Part shown: in pieces, positions 40,001-53,300 of the stretch
Numbering within the stretch: the first letter of the stretch is position 1
Layout of the letters: each line of letters opens with the position of its first letter
Assembly: GCF_964355755.1 (NCBI RefSeq)
Contig: NC_092675.1
Span: 12,519,812 to 12,583,811 of the forward strand
DNA: 64,000 nucleotides
Origin: Antedon mediterranea
Lineage: Eukaryota > Animalia > Echinodermata
Direction of reading: 5' to 3'
Translations under genes and position numbers: made by a program
Notes under the pieces: model-generated
The model's database searches: none
What the model saw: the letters and a program-made list of their open reading frames with translations, nothing else
What the model was told of the DNA's origin: nothing

Positions 40001-42830
40001 TTTTAGACCATTTTGTGATTTTCGAAAAAACTTGTTGACATAAAAACACGAAAGTGCTTAGAATAGCTTCAAATCGCAGTTGGAAACGTTTTAGACCATT
40101 TTGTGATTTTCGAAAAAAATTGTTAACATAAAAACACCAAAGTGCTTAGAATCACATTATAAACCGTTTTAGACCATTTTGAGCATTTCGATAACAATTT
40201 TCACACAAAAACATCAAAGAGCACAAAATAGCTTAATATCGTATTTAAAAATGTTTTAGACCATTTTGAGCATTTAGAAAAAACTTTTTCACACAAAACA
40301 CCAAAGTGCTTAGAATAGCTTCAAATCGTATTTGGAGACGTTTTAGACCATTTTGAGATTTTCGAAAAAACTTGTTAACATAAAAACACCAAAGTGCTTA
40401 GAATAGCGCCAAATCGCATTTGGAGACGTTTTAGACCATTTTGTGATTTTCAAAAAAACTTGTTAACATAAAAACACCAAAGTGCTTAGAATAGCTTCAA
40501 ATCGCATTTGGAGACGTTTTAGACCATTTTGTGCATTTCGATGAAACTTGGTTACACAAAAACATCAAAGTGCTTAAAATCACATTATAAATCGTTTTAG
40601 ACCATTTTGAGCATTTAGATAAAACTTTTTCACACAAAACACCAAAGTGCTTAGAATAGCTTCAAATCGCATTTGGAGACGTTTTAGACCATTTTGTGAT
40701 TTTTGAAAAAACTTGTTAACATAAAAACACCAAAGTGCTTAGAATAGCTTCAAATCGCATTTGGAGACGTTTTAGACCATTTTGTGATTTTCGAAAAAAC
40801 TTTTTAACATAAAAACATCAAAGTGTACAGAATAGCTTCAAATCGCATTTGGAGACGTTTTAGACCAATTTGTGATTTTCGAAAAAACTTATTAACATAA
40901 AAATACCAAAGTGTTTAGAATAGCTTAAATTCGCATTTGGAGACGTTTTAGACCATTTTGTGATTTTCGAAAAAACTTGTTAACATAAAAACACCAAAGT
41001 GCTTAGAATAGCTTTAAATCGCATTTGGAGACGTTTTAGACCATTTTGTGATTTTTGAAAAAACTTGTTAACATAAAAACACCAAAGTGCTTAGAATAAC
41101 TTCAAATCGTATTTGGAGACGTTTTAGACCATTTTGTGATTTTCGAAAAAACTTGTTAACATAAAAACACCAAAGTGCTTAGAATAGCTTCAAATCGCAT
41201 TTGGAGACGTTTTAGACCATTTTGTGCATTTCGATGAAACTTGGTTACACAAAAACATCAAAGTGCTTAAAATCAAATTATAAACCATTTTAGACCATTT
41301 TGAGCATTTCGATAACACTTTTCACACAAAAACATCAAAGAGCACAAAATAGCTTAATATCGTATTTAAAAACGTTTTAGACCATTTTGAGCATTTCGAC
41401 AAAACTTTTTCACACAAAACACCAAAGTGCTTAGAATAGCTTCAAATCGCATTTGGAGACGTTTTAGACCAATTTGTGCATTTCAATGAAACTTGGTTAC
41501 ACAAAAACATCAAAGTGCTTAAAATCACATTATAAACCGTTTTAGACCATTTTGAGCATTTCGATAACACTTTTCACACAAAAACATCAAAGAGCACAAA
41601 ATAGCTTAATATCGTATTTAAAAACGTTTTAGACCATTTTGAGCATTTAGACAAAACTTTTTCACACAAAACACCAAAGTGCTTAGAATAGCTTCAAATC
41701 GCATTTGGAGACGTTTTAGACCATTTTGTGCATTTCGATGAAACTTGGTTACACAAAAACATCAAAGTGCTTAAAATCACATTATAAATCGTTTTAGACC
41801 ATTTTGAGCATTTCGACAAAACTTTTTCACACAAAATACCAAAGTGCTTAGAATAGCTTCAAATCGCATTTGGAGACGTTTTAGACCATTTTGTGATTTT
41901 CGAAAAAACCTTTTAACATAAAAACACCAAAGTGCTTAGAATAGCTTCAAATCACATTTGGAGACGTTTTAGACCATTTTGTGATTTTCGAAAAAACTTG
42001 TTAACATAAAAACACGAAAGTGCTTAGAATAGCTTCAAATCGCATTTGGAAACGTTTTAGACCATTTTGTGATTTTCGAAAAAAATTGTTAACATAAAAA
42101 CACCAAAGTGCTTAGAATCACATTATAAACCGTTTTAGACCATTTTGAGCATTTCGATAACAATTTTCACACAAAAACATCAAAGAGCACAAAATAGCTT
42201 AATATCGTATTTAAAAATGTTTTAGACCATTTTGAGCATTTAGATAAAACTTTTTCACACAAAACACCAAAGTGCTTAGAATAGCTTCAAATCGCATTTG
42301 GAGACGTTTTAGACCATTTTGTGATTTTTGAAAAAACTTGTTAACATAAAAACACTAAAGTGCTTAGAATAGCTTCAAATCACATTTGGAGACGTTTTAG
42401 ACCATTTTGTGATTTTCGAAAAAACTTGTTAACATAAAAACACGAAAGTGCTTAGAATAGCTTCAAATCGCATTTGGAAACGTTTTAGACCATTTAGTGA
42501 TTTTCGAAAAAAACTTGTTAACATAAAAACACGAAAGTGCTTAGAATAGCTTCAAATCGCATTTGGAAACGTTTTAGACCATTTTGTGATTTTCGAAAAA
42601 AATTGTTAACATAAAAACACCAAAGTGTTTAGAATAGCTTCAAATCGCATTTGGAGACGTTTTAGACCAATTTGTGATTTTCGAAAAAACTTATCAACAT
42701 AAAAACACCAAAGGGTTTAGAATAGCTTCAAATCGCATTTGGAGACGTTTTAGACCATTTTGTGATTTTCGAAAAAACTTGTTAACATAAAAACACGAAA
42801 GTGCTTAGAATAGCTTCAAATCGCATTTGG
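19095..42830 (+). repeat. Satellite DNA array, block 3, with kb-scale higher-order duplications
   Basis: Same monomers. Diagnostic variant blocks recur, e.g. the AATTTCTAAT-containing unit behind the near-identical spurious 86-aa ORFs at 20845, 23566, 25185, 33720 and 36283. Confidence 0.98.
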
Positions 42831-43005
42831 TGTCGAGAAGCGATGCGAGTAAGACGTGTCGAATAATCGCTCCTGGAAATCAAACATTTCACGTGTCACA
42901 CCAGCTGAATGCATTGTTACACATAGTCGCAACCTACGTTTACTATTGTTCATTTACCTCAAGGAATTTTGTTTACTCGATTTCAGTGTTTTATTTGCCC
43001 GCAAC

Positions 43006-43830
43006 ATGGGCGGTGGTAAGCCAAAAGGAGGACAGAGGGACGATTCGCCTGCAGCCAGGCCACGTCGTAACCAAAAAGAGGCTGAAGGAAAAGGCATCCC
43101 TTGCCTTAATGATAAATTAGATAAGTCCAATTGCGACATAGACTCTAAGGAAATCGCTGGCATTATCCAATCTGAATTGAAACTCTTATTTGATGGCAAA
43201 TCGGACATATTGGATAACTTAGCGAAACAAATAACATCGATGATCAAGGACCAACTGGCTGAGCATATTATGCAAATTGTTAGTAAAGCCACTATGGATG
43301 CTCTTAGATTTGAACTTGACGAGTCGAATGATCGCATGAAGAAAATGGAACAGGAAATCGAGGACATTAGGGAATCACTGGATGAAAGTGAACAATATTC
43401 CAGGAGGAACTGTTTGGTGATACACGGACTGGAGGAGAAAGTAGGTGAGAATACCGATAATATTGTTACACAATTATTTAGTTCTAAGATGAACCTTACG
43501 GTGAATCATAATGACATTGATAGGAGTCACAGACTAGGCCCCAAGAAACCAAGTAACGGCAAGCCCCGGGGAGTTATTGTGAAGTTTGCTCAATACAATA
43601 AAAGAAATGAAGTTTATAAAGCAAAAAGAAAACTGAAAGGTACCGATACCTTTATACACGAGAACCTAACAATGAAAAGGATGAAATTGTTAAGAACCAT
43701 CAAAACCCAGCATAATTCCGCCTTGACCGCAGTCTGGACCCAAGATGGACGCATACATGTACTAACTAAGAATAATAAGAAGATTATCGTAACAAAATTT
43801 TCCGATCTCAACAAACTGCATTCCACCTAA
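43006..43830 (+). CDS. LINE ORF1 protein (coiled coil + L1-type RRM/CTD, Transposase_22-like), 274 aa
   Basis: ATG in GCAACATGG context at 43006 (the track's GTG start at 42856 is unlikely). Coiled coil followed by EQYSRRNCLVIHGLEE, DIDRSHRLG, RGVIVKF, IHENLT and WTQDGRIHV motifs typical of this ORF1 class. Confidence 0.9.
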   Translation: MGGGKPKGGQRDDSPAARPRRNQKEAEGKGIPCLNDKLDKSNCDIDSKEIAGIIQSELKLLFDGKSDILDNLAKQITSMIKDQLAEHIMQIVSKATMDALRFELDESNDRMKKMEQEIEDIRESLDESEQYSRRNCLVIHGLEEKVGENTDNIVTQLFSSKMNLTVNHNDIDRSHRLGPKKPSNGKPRGVIVKFAQYNKRNEVYKAKRKLKGTDTFIHENLTMKRMKLLRTIKTQHNSALTAVWTQDGRIHVLTKNNKKIIVTKFSDLNKLHST

Positions 43831-44094
43831 TTTACCGTGTGGTAGTACATTAAATGTGAAATTTTGAGATTTCTTGTTTTTGCCCTGAAACCAGAATTTT
43901 AACTATTGTATACATTATAGACTGCATTAACTGTTTGGTGTGTGTGCTTTATTGTGATTCTTTTTATTGTAAATTGTGTTTTTTTTTATTATTGTATTGC
44001 TAACCTGCCGGTTTTTAGTCATTTATTTGAACGCCATTTTGCTTAACAGCTTTGGTGAATTGATTATATTTTGTTCTTTTTCCAATACTACTTT

Positions 44095-47088
44095 ATGAGC
44101 ACGACTCAATATGAAAATAAATCGAGTCCTACACATTCCATAGATTGCTTTGAAAGTGACGAGGCTGGTTTATGCAAATATTTCACTCCAACACAACTTA
44201 ATGAGCTACAGGCGCAAATTGATAACAATGGTATCTTTACAACGTTACACATGAATGCACGTAGTCTTCCAAAACACTTCGACGAAATTAGCATTATGTT
44301 AGATACCATAGGTCGTGCGTTTGATGTACTTGGTTTCTCGGAAACCTGGATAAATAAGAACACGCCAATTGACTTATTAAATATCAATGGATACAATATG
44401 TACACTTGTAATAGAGAAGGTAGAGTCGGTGGTGGAGTTTGTCTATATTTAAAAGAACAAATCAACACCGTAACACGTGATGATTTTGTATTTAATGATA
44501 ATTCCATTGATTCACTTTTTCTAGAAATAATAAACACAAACGGCAAAAATACTATTGTAGGTATGTTGTATCGACCACCAAATTCAAACGTCAACTCATT
44601 TAACTCTGATCTGGAAGAAATCTTACATAAACTTAATCGCGAAAACAAAAACTGCTATATCTTAGGAGATTTTAATCAAGACTTATTAAAATATGACATT
44701 AAAAAAACAACACAGGAATTCACAAACATTATTTACTCAACATCTTTTAATCCATTAATCAACTTACCCACCAGAATAACATCGTCTTCTGCTACAATTT
44801 TAGATAATATTATTACAAATGATGATAACATTTCGCATTGTGGAGTAATAGTCACTGACATTACCGATCATCTACCCATTTTCATGACAACACACTTGTC
44901 ATTAAATACTAACACACAAGCTCCAATTACAAAACAAAAAGTAATTAATGATACAACATTAAATAACTTGCTTATTGCTATTTCTAATGAGGATTGGGGT
45001 GAACTATATTTATGCACAGATACCAATACATCATATAACCTATTTATTAATAAACTATCCAATCTCATAGATAGTAACATACCTACAAAAAGTAATAAGC
45101 CAAATGGTAATACAAAGAAAAAACCATGGATCACAACAGGAATTTTGATTTCAATAAAAAAGAAAAATAAACTTTATAAAAAATACCTTAAAAACCCAAC
45201 ACAATTATTAAAAAATATATATAAAAAGTACAAAAATAAATTAACTCATTTAATTAGAATTCGGAAAAAACAATATTATTCCAAAAAACTGGATGCAGCT
45301 CGACACGATTCAAAGCAAACATGGAAAGTTTTAAATGAAGTTCTAAATAGAAAAAAATCGAGTGTTAAGCCAAATGAGGTAATTAACCATAGTAATAAAA
45401 CTTTGGTATGTGATCCAAAAGGTATGTCTGACGCTTTTAATGACTTCTTCTCCAACATTGGAAATGAATTAGCAAACAAAATACCAAATGTAAACAATTC
45501 TGACTTTAAACAATATATGAAAGAGAGTCAATCCCAATCCATATTTTTCAATCCTACGAATGAAGAAGAGGTCATTGAAATAGTTAGTCAAATCAAAAAT
45601 TCAAATTCAGAAGGTGTTGATAACTTAAGTAATCGCATTCTAAAACATATTATTGCTGCTGTGGCATCTCCTCTTGTACATATCTTTAACCTCTCTCTTG
45701 AGACAGGCATGGTCCCTGATAGTATGAAAGTAGCTAGAGTAGTTCCAATTTTTAAATCTGGCAATAAAAGTGACGTCAGTAATTATAGGCCGATCTCTAT
45801 TCTGCCTACCGCTTCAAAAATTCTTGAAAAAATTGTTCAAATTAGAGTAAATAATTATATCACAAAGTTTAACATCCTTAATAATGCACAATATGGTTTC
45901 AGAAAAAACAGTTCTACTTTTATGGCTGTTATAGATCTGGTTGAACGAATAACCGATGCGCTTGATAAGAAAAAAAATACCATCGGAATATTTATTGATT
46001 TGTCAAAAGCGTTTGACACCATCAACCATGATATACTTCTTAAAAAATTGGAACACTATGGCATAAGAGGCACGGCCCTTAAATGGTTTAGAAACTATAT
46101 TAGTGGAAGGAAACAATTTACGTCTATTGATAACACAAGTTCGTGTTTGATGGATATAAATTGCGGTGTACCACAGGGTTCAATTCTGGGGCCTCTACTT
46201 TTTATTTTGTACATTAACGATGTATTTAATTGCTCAAACTCGTTATCTTTTGTTTTATTTGCTGACGACACAAACATATCTGCATCTCACGAAAACTTGG
46301 ATACGCTCATAGAACTAGTTAATGGTGAACTAAAAAATGTTTCGGATTGGTTCATGTGCAATAAACTATCAATCAACGTTAAAAAAACTAATTACATAAT
46401 TTTCCGCAATCAGCGAAATCCAAGTAATTTAGAGAATGTAAATATTTATGTCAACAATAAAAGAATAGATAGAGTTAAATCGACTAAATTCCTTGGAGTA
46501 CATATTGATGAATTTCTCACATATAAGAACCACATCAATGTTACAGCTAGGAAAATATCTCGATATGTAGGCATACTATATAAAGTAAGACATTTTTTAC
46601 CAACCTATGCTCTCTGGACAATAAACAAATCACTCATTGAACCAGTATTAAATTATTGCAACATAATATGGTGTAGCACATTTCCAAGTTATTTAGATGA
46701 GTTATTTAAACTCCAGAAAAGGGCATTACGAGCTATAACATGGTCAAAGTTTAATGATTCAATGACTGAATGCTTCTATAAATTTAAACTTCTTAAAATT
46801 GCTGATATCAATAAGTACCAAATTGGGCTTTTCATGTATAATGTTACTACTAATCAGGACGTGCGTTTTTCATCGCTCTTTATTAAAAATGGTTCTTACC
46901 ATAATTATAATACAAGATCTAAAGACAAAATGAGACTCAGAAAACGTAATCGTACTTCTACTAGTTTTACTGTGTCATGTGTGGGACCCAAATTGTGGAA
47001 TGACTTGAATTACGAACTACAAAGTACCAAATCAATATATATATTTAAATCATTGTTTAAAGAACATTTATTATCATTTTACAAATAA
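44095..47088 (+). CDS. LINE ORF2: apurinic-like endonuclease + reverse transcriptase, ~997 aa
   Basis: APE motifs HMNARSL, FSETW, YRPP, GDFN, LDNI, TDHLP. RT motifs NYRPISIL, QYGFR, FIDLSKAFDT, GVPQGSILGPLLF, FADD, KFLGV. No stops or frameshifts. First ATG at 44095. Confidence 0.97.
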   Translation: MSTTQYENKSSPTHSIDCFESDEAGLCKYFTPTQLNELQAQIDNNGIFTTLHMNARSLPKHFDEISIMLDTIGRAFDVLGFSETWINKNTPIDLLNINGYNMYTCNREGRVGGGVCLYLKEQINTVTRDDFVFNDNSIDSLFLEIINTNGKNTIVGMLYRPPNSNVNSFNSDLEEILHKLNRENKNCYILGDFNQDLLKYDIKKTTQEFTNIIYSTSFNPLINLPTRITSSSATILDNIITNDDNISHCGVIVTDITDHLPIFMTTHLSLNTNTQAPITKQKVINDTTLNNLLIAISNEDWGELYLCTDTNTSYNLFINKLSNLIDSNIPTKSNKPNGNTKKKPWITTGILISIKKKNKLYKKYLKNPTQLLKNIYKKYKNKLTHLIRIRKKQYYSKKLDAARHDSKQTWKVLNEVLNRKKSSVKPNEVINHSNKTLVCDPKGMSDAFNDFFSNIGNELANKIPNVNNSDFKQYMKESQSQSIFFNPTNEEEVIEIVSQIKNSNSEGVDNLSNRILKHIIAAVASPLVHIFNLSLETGMVPDSMKVARVVPIFKSGNKSDVSNYRPISILPTASKILEKIVQIRVNNYITKFNILNNAQYGFRKNSSTFMAVIDLVERITDALDKKKNTIGIFIDLSKAFDTINHDILLKKLEHYGIRGTALKWFRNYISGRKQFTSIDNTSSCLMDINCGVPQGSILGPLLFILYINDVFNCSNSLSFVLFADDTNISASHENLDTLIELVNGELKNVSDWFMCNKLSINVKKTNYIIFRNQRNPSNLENVNIYVNNKRIDRVKSTKFLGVHIDEFLTYKNHINVTARKISRYVGILYKVRHFLPTYALWTINKSLIEPVLNYCNIIWCSTFPSYLDELFKLQKRALRAITWSKFNDSMTECFYKFKLLKIADINKYQIGLFMYNVTTNQDVRFSSLFIKNGSYHNYNTRSKDKMRLRKRNRTSTSFTVSCVGPKLWNDLNYELQSTKSIYIFKSLFKEHLLSFYK

Positions 47089-47166
47089 TTTTAAAAATCA
47101 TACTTGTTGCAGGATTTAGCTTTTTTATTATTTATGTTTTAGTTTTTTAGGCTAGTTAGGGACTTA

Positions 47167-47212
47167 GGGGGACACAACTAATCAAGCTCTTTTGAGTTTT
47201 TATGTGTTTCCT
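47167..47212 (+). other. Putative 3' UTR stem-loop of the LINE (RT recognition signal)
   Basis: GGGGGACACA...TGTGTTTCC outer stem enclosing an AAGCTC-TTTT-GAGTTT hairpin, ~70 nt upstream of the tail. L2/CR1-type LINEs use 3' stem-loops; function here is inferred. Confidence 0.5.
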
Positions 47213-47279
47213 TTTCATCTTTTTTATGTTCTCATATATTGTTGTTGTATATTTTCATGATAGAGGATGAATAAAGAAT

Positions 47280-47309
47280 ATTTGATTTGATTTGATTTGA
47301 TTTGATTTG
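47280..47309 (+). repeat. (ATTTG)6 microsatellite tail of the LINE
   Basis: Six perfect ATTTG units directly after AATAAAGAAT. Confidence 0.95.
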
Positions 47310-50300
47310 AAACGTTTTAGACCATTTTGTGATTTTCGAAAAAACTTGTTAACATAAAAACATGAAAGTGCTTAGAATAGCTTCAAATCGTATTTGGAGA
47401 CGTTTTAGACCATTTTGTGATTTTCGAAAAAACTTGTTAACATAAAAACACCAAAGTGCTTAGAATAGCTTCAAATCACATTTGGAGACGTTTTAGACCA
47501 TTTTGTGATTTTCGAAAAAACTTGTTAACATAAAAACACGAAAGTGCTTAGAATAGCTTAAAATCGCATTTGGAGACGTTATAGACCATTTTGTGATTTT
47601 CGAAAAAACTTGTTAACATAAAAACACCAAAGTGCTTAGAATAGCGTCAAATCGTATTTGGAGACGTTTTAGACCATTTTGTGATTTTCGAAAAAACTTG
47701 TTAACATAAAAACACCAAAGTGCTTAGAATAGCTTCAAATCGCATTTGGAGACGTTTTAGACCATTTTGTGCATTTCGATGAAACTTGGTTACACAAAAA
47801 CATCAAAGTGCTTAAAATCACATTATAAATCGTTTTAGACCATTTTGAGCATTTAGATAAAACTTTTTCACACAAAACACCAAAGTGCTTAGAATAGCTT
47901 CAAATCGCATTTGGAGACGTTTTAGACCATTTTGTGCATTTCGATGAAACTTGGTTACACAAAAACATCAAAGTGCTTAAAATCACATTATAAACCATTT
48001 TAGACCATTTTGAGCATTTCGATAACACTTTTCACACAAAAACATCAAAGAGCACAAAATAGCTTAATATCGTATTTAAAAACGTTTTAGACCATTTTGA
48101 GCATTTCGACAAAACTTTTTCACACAAAACACCAAAGTGCTTAGAATAGCTTCAAATCGCATTTGGAGACGTTTTAGACCATTTTGTGATTTTCGAAAAA
48201 ACTTGTTAACATAAAAACATCAAAGTGTACAGAATAACTTCAAATCGCATTTGGAGACCGTTTTAGGCCAATTTGTGATTTTCGAAAAAACTTGTTAACC
48301 TAAAAATACCAAAGTGTTTAGAATAGCTTCAAATCGCATTTGGAGACGTTTTAGACCATTTTGTGATTTTCGAAAAAACTTGTTAACATAAAAACACCAA
48401 AGTGCTTAGAATAGCTTCAAATCGCATTTGGAGACATTTTAGAGCAATTTGTGATTTTTGAAAAAACTTGTTAACATAAAAACACCAAAGTGCTTACAAT
48501 AGCCTAAAATCGTATTTGGAGACGTTTTAGACCATTTTGTGATTTTCGAAAAAACTTGTTAACATAAAAACACCAAAGTACTTAGAATAGCTTCAAATCG
48601 CATTTGGAGACGTTTTAGACCATTTTGTGCATTTCGATGAAACTTGGTTACACAAAAACATCAAAGTGCTTAAAATCACATTATAAACCGTTTTAGACCA
48701 TTTGAGCATTTCGATAACACTTTTCACACAAAAACATCAAAGAGCACAAAATAGCTTAATATCGTATTTAAAAACGTTTTAGACCATTTTGAGCATTTCG
48801 ACAAAACTTTTTCACACAAAACACCAAAGTGCTTAGAATAGCTTCAAATCGCATTTGGAGACGTTTTAGACCAATTTGTGCATTTCAATGAAACTTGGTT
48901 ACACAAAAACATCAAAGTGCTTAAAATCACATTATAAATCGTTTTAGACCATTTTGAGCATTTTGATAACACTTTTCACACAAAAACATCAAAGAGCACA
49001 AAATAGCTTAATATCGTATTTAAAAACGTTTTAGACCATTTTGAGCATTTCGACAAAACTTGTTAACATAAAAACACCAAAGTGCTTAGAATAGCGTCAA
49101 ATCGTATTTGGAGACGTTTTAGACCATTTTGTGATTTTCGAAAAAACTTGTTAACATAAAAACACCAAAGTGCTTAGAATAGCTTCAAATCGCATTTGGA
49201 GACGTTTTAGACCATTTTGTGCATTTCGATGAAACTTGGTTACACAAAAACATCAAAGTGCTTAAAATCACATTATAAATCGTTTTAGACCATTTTGTGC
49301 ATTTCGACAAAACTTTTTCACACAAAATACCAAAGTGCTTAGAATAGCTTCAAATCGCATTTGGAGACGTTTTAGACCATTTTTTTATTTTCGATAAAAC
49401 TTTTTAACATAAAAACACCAAAGTGCTTAGAATAGCTTCAAATCACATTTGGAGACGTTTTAGACCATTTTGTGATTTTCGAAAAAACTTGTTAACATAA
49501 AAACACGAAAGTGCTTAGAATAGCTTCAAATCGCATTTGGAAGCGTTTTAGACCATTTTGTGATTTTCGAAAAAAATTGTTAACATAAAAACACCAAAGT
49601 GCTTAGAATAGCTTCAAATCGCATTTGGAGACATTTTAGACCAATTTGTGATTTTCGAAAAAAACTTGTCAACATAAAAACACCAAAGTGTTTAGAATAG
49701 CTTCAAATCGCATTTTGAGACGTTTTAGACCATTTTGTGATTTTCGAAAAAACTTGTTAACATAAAAACACGAAAGTGCTTAGAATAGCTTCAAATCGCA
49801 TTTAGAGACGTTTTAGACCATTTTGTGATTTTCAATGAAACTTGGTTACACAAAAACATCAAAGTGCTTAAAATCACATTATAAATCGTTTTAGACCATT
49901 TTGAGCATTTTGATAACACTTTTCACACAAAAACATCAAAGAGCACAAAATAGCTTAATATCGTATTTAAAAACGTTTTAGACCATTTTGAGCATTTCGA
50001 CAAAACTTGTTAACATAAAAACACCAAAGTGCTTAGAATAGCGTCAAATCGTATTTGGAGACGTTTTAGACCATTTTGTGATTTTCGAAAAAACTTGTTA
50101 ACATAAAAACACCAAAGTGCTTAGAATAGCTTCAAATCGCATTTGGAGACGTTTTAGACCATTTTGTGCATTTCGATGAAACTTGGTTACACAAAAACAT
50201 CAAAGTGCTTAAAATCACATTATAAATCGTTTTAGACCATTTTGTCCATTTCGACAAAACTTTTTCACACAAAATACCAAAGTGCTTAGAATAGCTTCAA

Positions 50301-53300
50301 ATCGCATTTGGAGACGTTTTAGACCATTTTGTGATTTTCGATAAAACTTTTTAACATAAAAACACCAAAGTGCTTAGAATAGCTTCAAATCACATTTGGA
50401 GACGTTTTAGACCATTTTGTGCATTTCGATGAAACTTGGTTACACAAAAACATCAAAGTGCTTAAAATCACATTATAAACCGTTTTAGACCATTTGAGCA
50501 TTTCGATAACACTTTTCACACAAAAACATCAAAGAGCACAAAATAGCTTAATATCGTATTTAAAAACGTTTTAGACCATTTTGAGCATTTCGACAAAACT
50601 TTTTCACACAAAACACCAAAGTGCTTAGAATAGCTTCAAATCGCATTTGGAGACGTTTTAGACCAATTTGTGCATTTCAATGAAACTTGGTTACACAAAA
50701 ACATCAAAGTGCTTAAAATCACATTATAAATCGTTTTAGACCATTTTGAGCATTTTGATAACACTTTTCACACAAAAACATCAAAGAGCACAAAATAGCT
50801 TAATATCGTATTTAAAAACGTTTTAGACCATTTTGAGCATTTCGACAAAACTTGTTAACATAAAAACACCAAAGTGCTTAGAATAGCGTCAAATCGTATT
50901 TGGAGACGTTTTAGACCATTTTGTGATTTTCGAAAAAACTTGTTAACATAAAAACACCAAAGTGCTTAGAATAGCTTCAAATCGCATTTGGAGACGTTTT
51001 AGACCATTTTGTGCATTTCGATGAAACTTGGTTACACAAAAACATCAAAGTGCTTAAAATCACATTATAAATCGTTTTAGACCATTTTGTCCATTTCGAC
51101 AAAACTTTTTCACACAAAATACCAAAGTGCTTAGAATAGCTTCAAATCGCATTTGGAGACGTTTTAGACCATTTTGTGATTTTCGATAAAACTTTTTAAC
51201 ATAAAAACACCAAAGTGCTTAGAATAGCTTCAAATCACATTTGGAGACGTTTTAGACCATTTTGTGATTTTCGAAAAAACTTGTTAACATAAAAACACGA
51301 AAGTGCTTAGAATAGCTTCAAATCGCATTTGGAAGCGTTTTAGACCATTTTGTGATTTTCGAAAAAAATTGTTAACATAAAAACACCAAAGTGCTTAGAA
51401 TAGCTTCAAATCGCATTTGGAGACATTTTAGACCAATTTGTGATTTTCGAAAAAAACTTGTCAACATAAAAACACCAAAGTGTTTAGAATAGCTTCAAAT
51501 CGCATTTGGAGACGTTTTAGACCAATTTGTGATTTTCGAAAAAACTTATCAACATAAAAACACCAAAGGGTTTAGAATAGCTTCAAATCGCATTTTGAGA
51601 CGTTTTAGACCATTTTGTGATTTTCGAAAAAACTTGTTAACATAAAAACACGAAAGTGCTTAGAATAGCTTCAAATCGCATTTGGAAACGTTTTAGACCA
51701 TTTTGTGATTTTCGAAAAAACTTGTTAACATAAAAACACGAAAGTGCTTAGAATAGCTTCAAATCGCATTTGGAAACGTTTTAGACCATTTTGTGATTTT
51801 CGAAAAAAATTGTTAACATAAAAACACCAAAGTGCTTAGAATCACATTATAAACCGTTTTAGACCATTTTGAGCATTTCGATAACAATTTTCACACAATA
51901 ACATCAAAGAGCACAAAATAGCTTAATATCGTATTTAAAAATGTTTTAGACCATTTTGAGCATTTGGATAAAACTTTTTCACACAAAACACCAAAGTGCT
52001 TAGAATAGCTTCAAATCGCATTTGGAGACGTTTTAGACCATTTTGTGATTTTTGAAAAAAATTGTTAACATAAAAACACCAAAGTGCTTAGAATAGCTTC
52101 AAATCACATTTGGAGACGTTTTAGACCATTTTGTGATTTTCGAAAAAACTTGTTAACATAAAAACACGAAAGTGCTTAGAATAGCTTCAAATCGCATTTG
52201 GAAGCGTTTTAGACCATTTTGTGATTTTCGAAAAAAATTGTTAACATAAAAACACCAAAGTGCTTAGAATAGCTTCAAATCGCATTTGGAGACATTTTAG
52301 ACCAATTTGTGATTTTCGAAAAAAACTTGTCAACATAAAAACACCAAAGTGTTTAGAATAGCTTCAAATCGCATTTGGAGACGTTTTAGACCAATTTGTG
52401 ATTTTCGAAAAAACTTATCAACATAAAAACACCAAAGGGTTTAGAATAGCTTCAAATCGCATTTTGAGACGTTTTAGACCATTTTGTGATTTTCGAAAAA
52501 ACTTGTTAACATAAAAACACGAAAGTGCTTAGAATAGCTTCAAATCGCATTTGGAAACGTTTTAGACCATTTTGTGATTTTCGAAAAAACTTGTTAACAT
52601 AAAAACACGAAAGTGCTTAGAATAGCTTCAAATCGCATTTGGAAACGTTTTAGACCATTTTGTGATTTTCGAAAAAAATTGTTAACATAAAAACACCAAA
52701 GTGCTTAGAATCACATTATAAACCGTTTTAGACCATTTTGAGCATTTCGATAACAATTTTCACACAAAAACATCAAAGAGCACAAAATAGCTTAATATCG
52801 TATTTAAAAATGTTTTAGACCATTTTGAGCATTTGGATAAAACTTTTTCACACAAAACACCAAAGTGCTTAGAATAGCTTCAAATCGCATTTGGAGACGT
52901 TTTAGACCATTTTGTGATTTTTGAAAAAAATTGTTAACATAAAAACACCAAAGTGCTTAGAATAGCTTCAAATCACATTTGGAGACGTTTTAGACCATTT
53001 TGTGATTTTCGAAAAAACTTGTTAACATAAAAACACGAAAGTGCTTAGAATAGCTTCAAATCGCATTTGGAAACGTTTTAGACCATTTTATGATTTTCGA
53101 AAAAACTTGTTAACATAAAAACACCAAAGTGCTTAAAATCACATTATAAACCGTTTTAGACCATTTTGAGCATTTCGATAACACTTTTCACACAAAAACA
53201 TCAAAGAGCACAAAATAGCTTAATATCGTATTTAAAAACGTTTTAGACCATTTTGAGCATTTAGATAAAACTTTTTCACACAAAACACCAAAGTGCTTAG

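Larger units (their letters stand above)
42831..47309 (+). mobile_element. Apparently full-length, intact non-LTR retrotransposon, CR1 group (Crack/Daphne/L2-like)
   Basis: About 175-bp 5' UTR, ORF1, T-rich spacer, ORF2 (APE+RT), 3' UTR with AATAAA (47270-47275) and (ATTTG)6 tail (47280-47309). Inserted in satellite TCGCATTTGG|AAACG with no clear TSD. Confidence 0.95.

Noticed and set aside
42827-46277. Antisense and alternative-frame ORFs within the LINE (97, 137, 70, 180, 88, 73, 60 aa)
   Set aside because: Shadows of ORF1/ORF2 with no recognisable motifs.
44095-47088. Bacterial retron, DGR or group II intron RT associated with a repeat array
   Set aside because: The N-terminal APE domain, upstream ORF1 and microsatellite tail identify a eukaryotic LINE.
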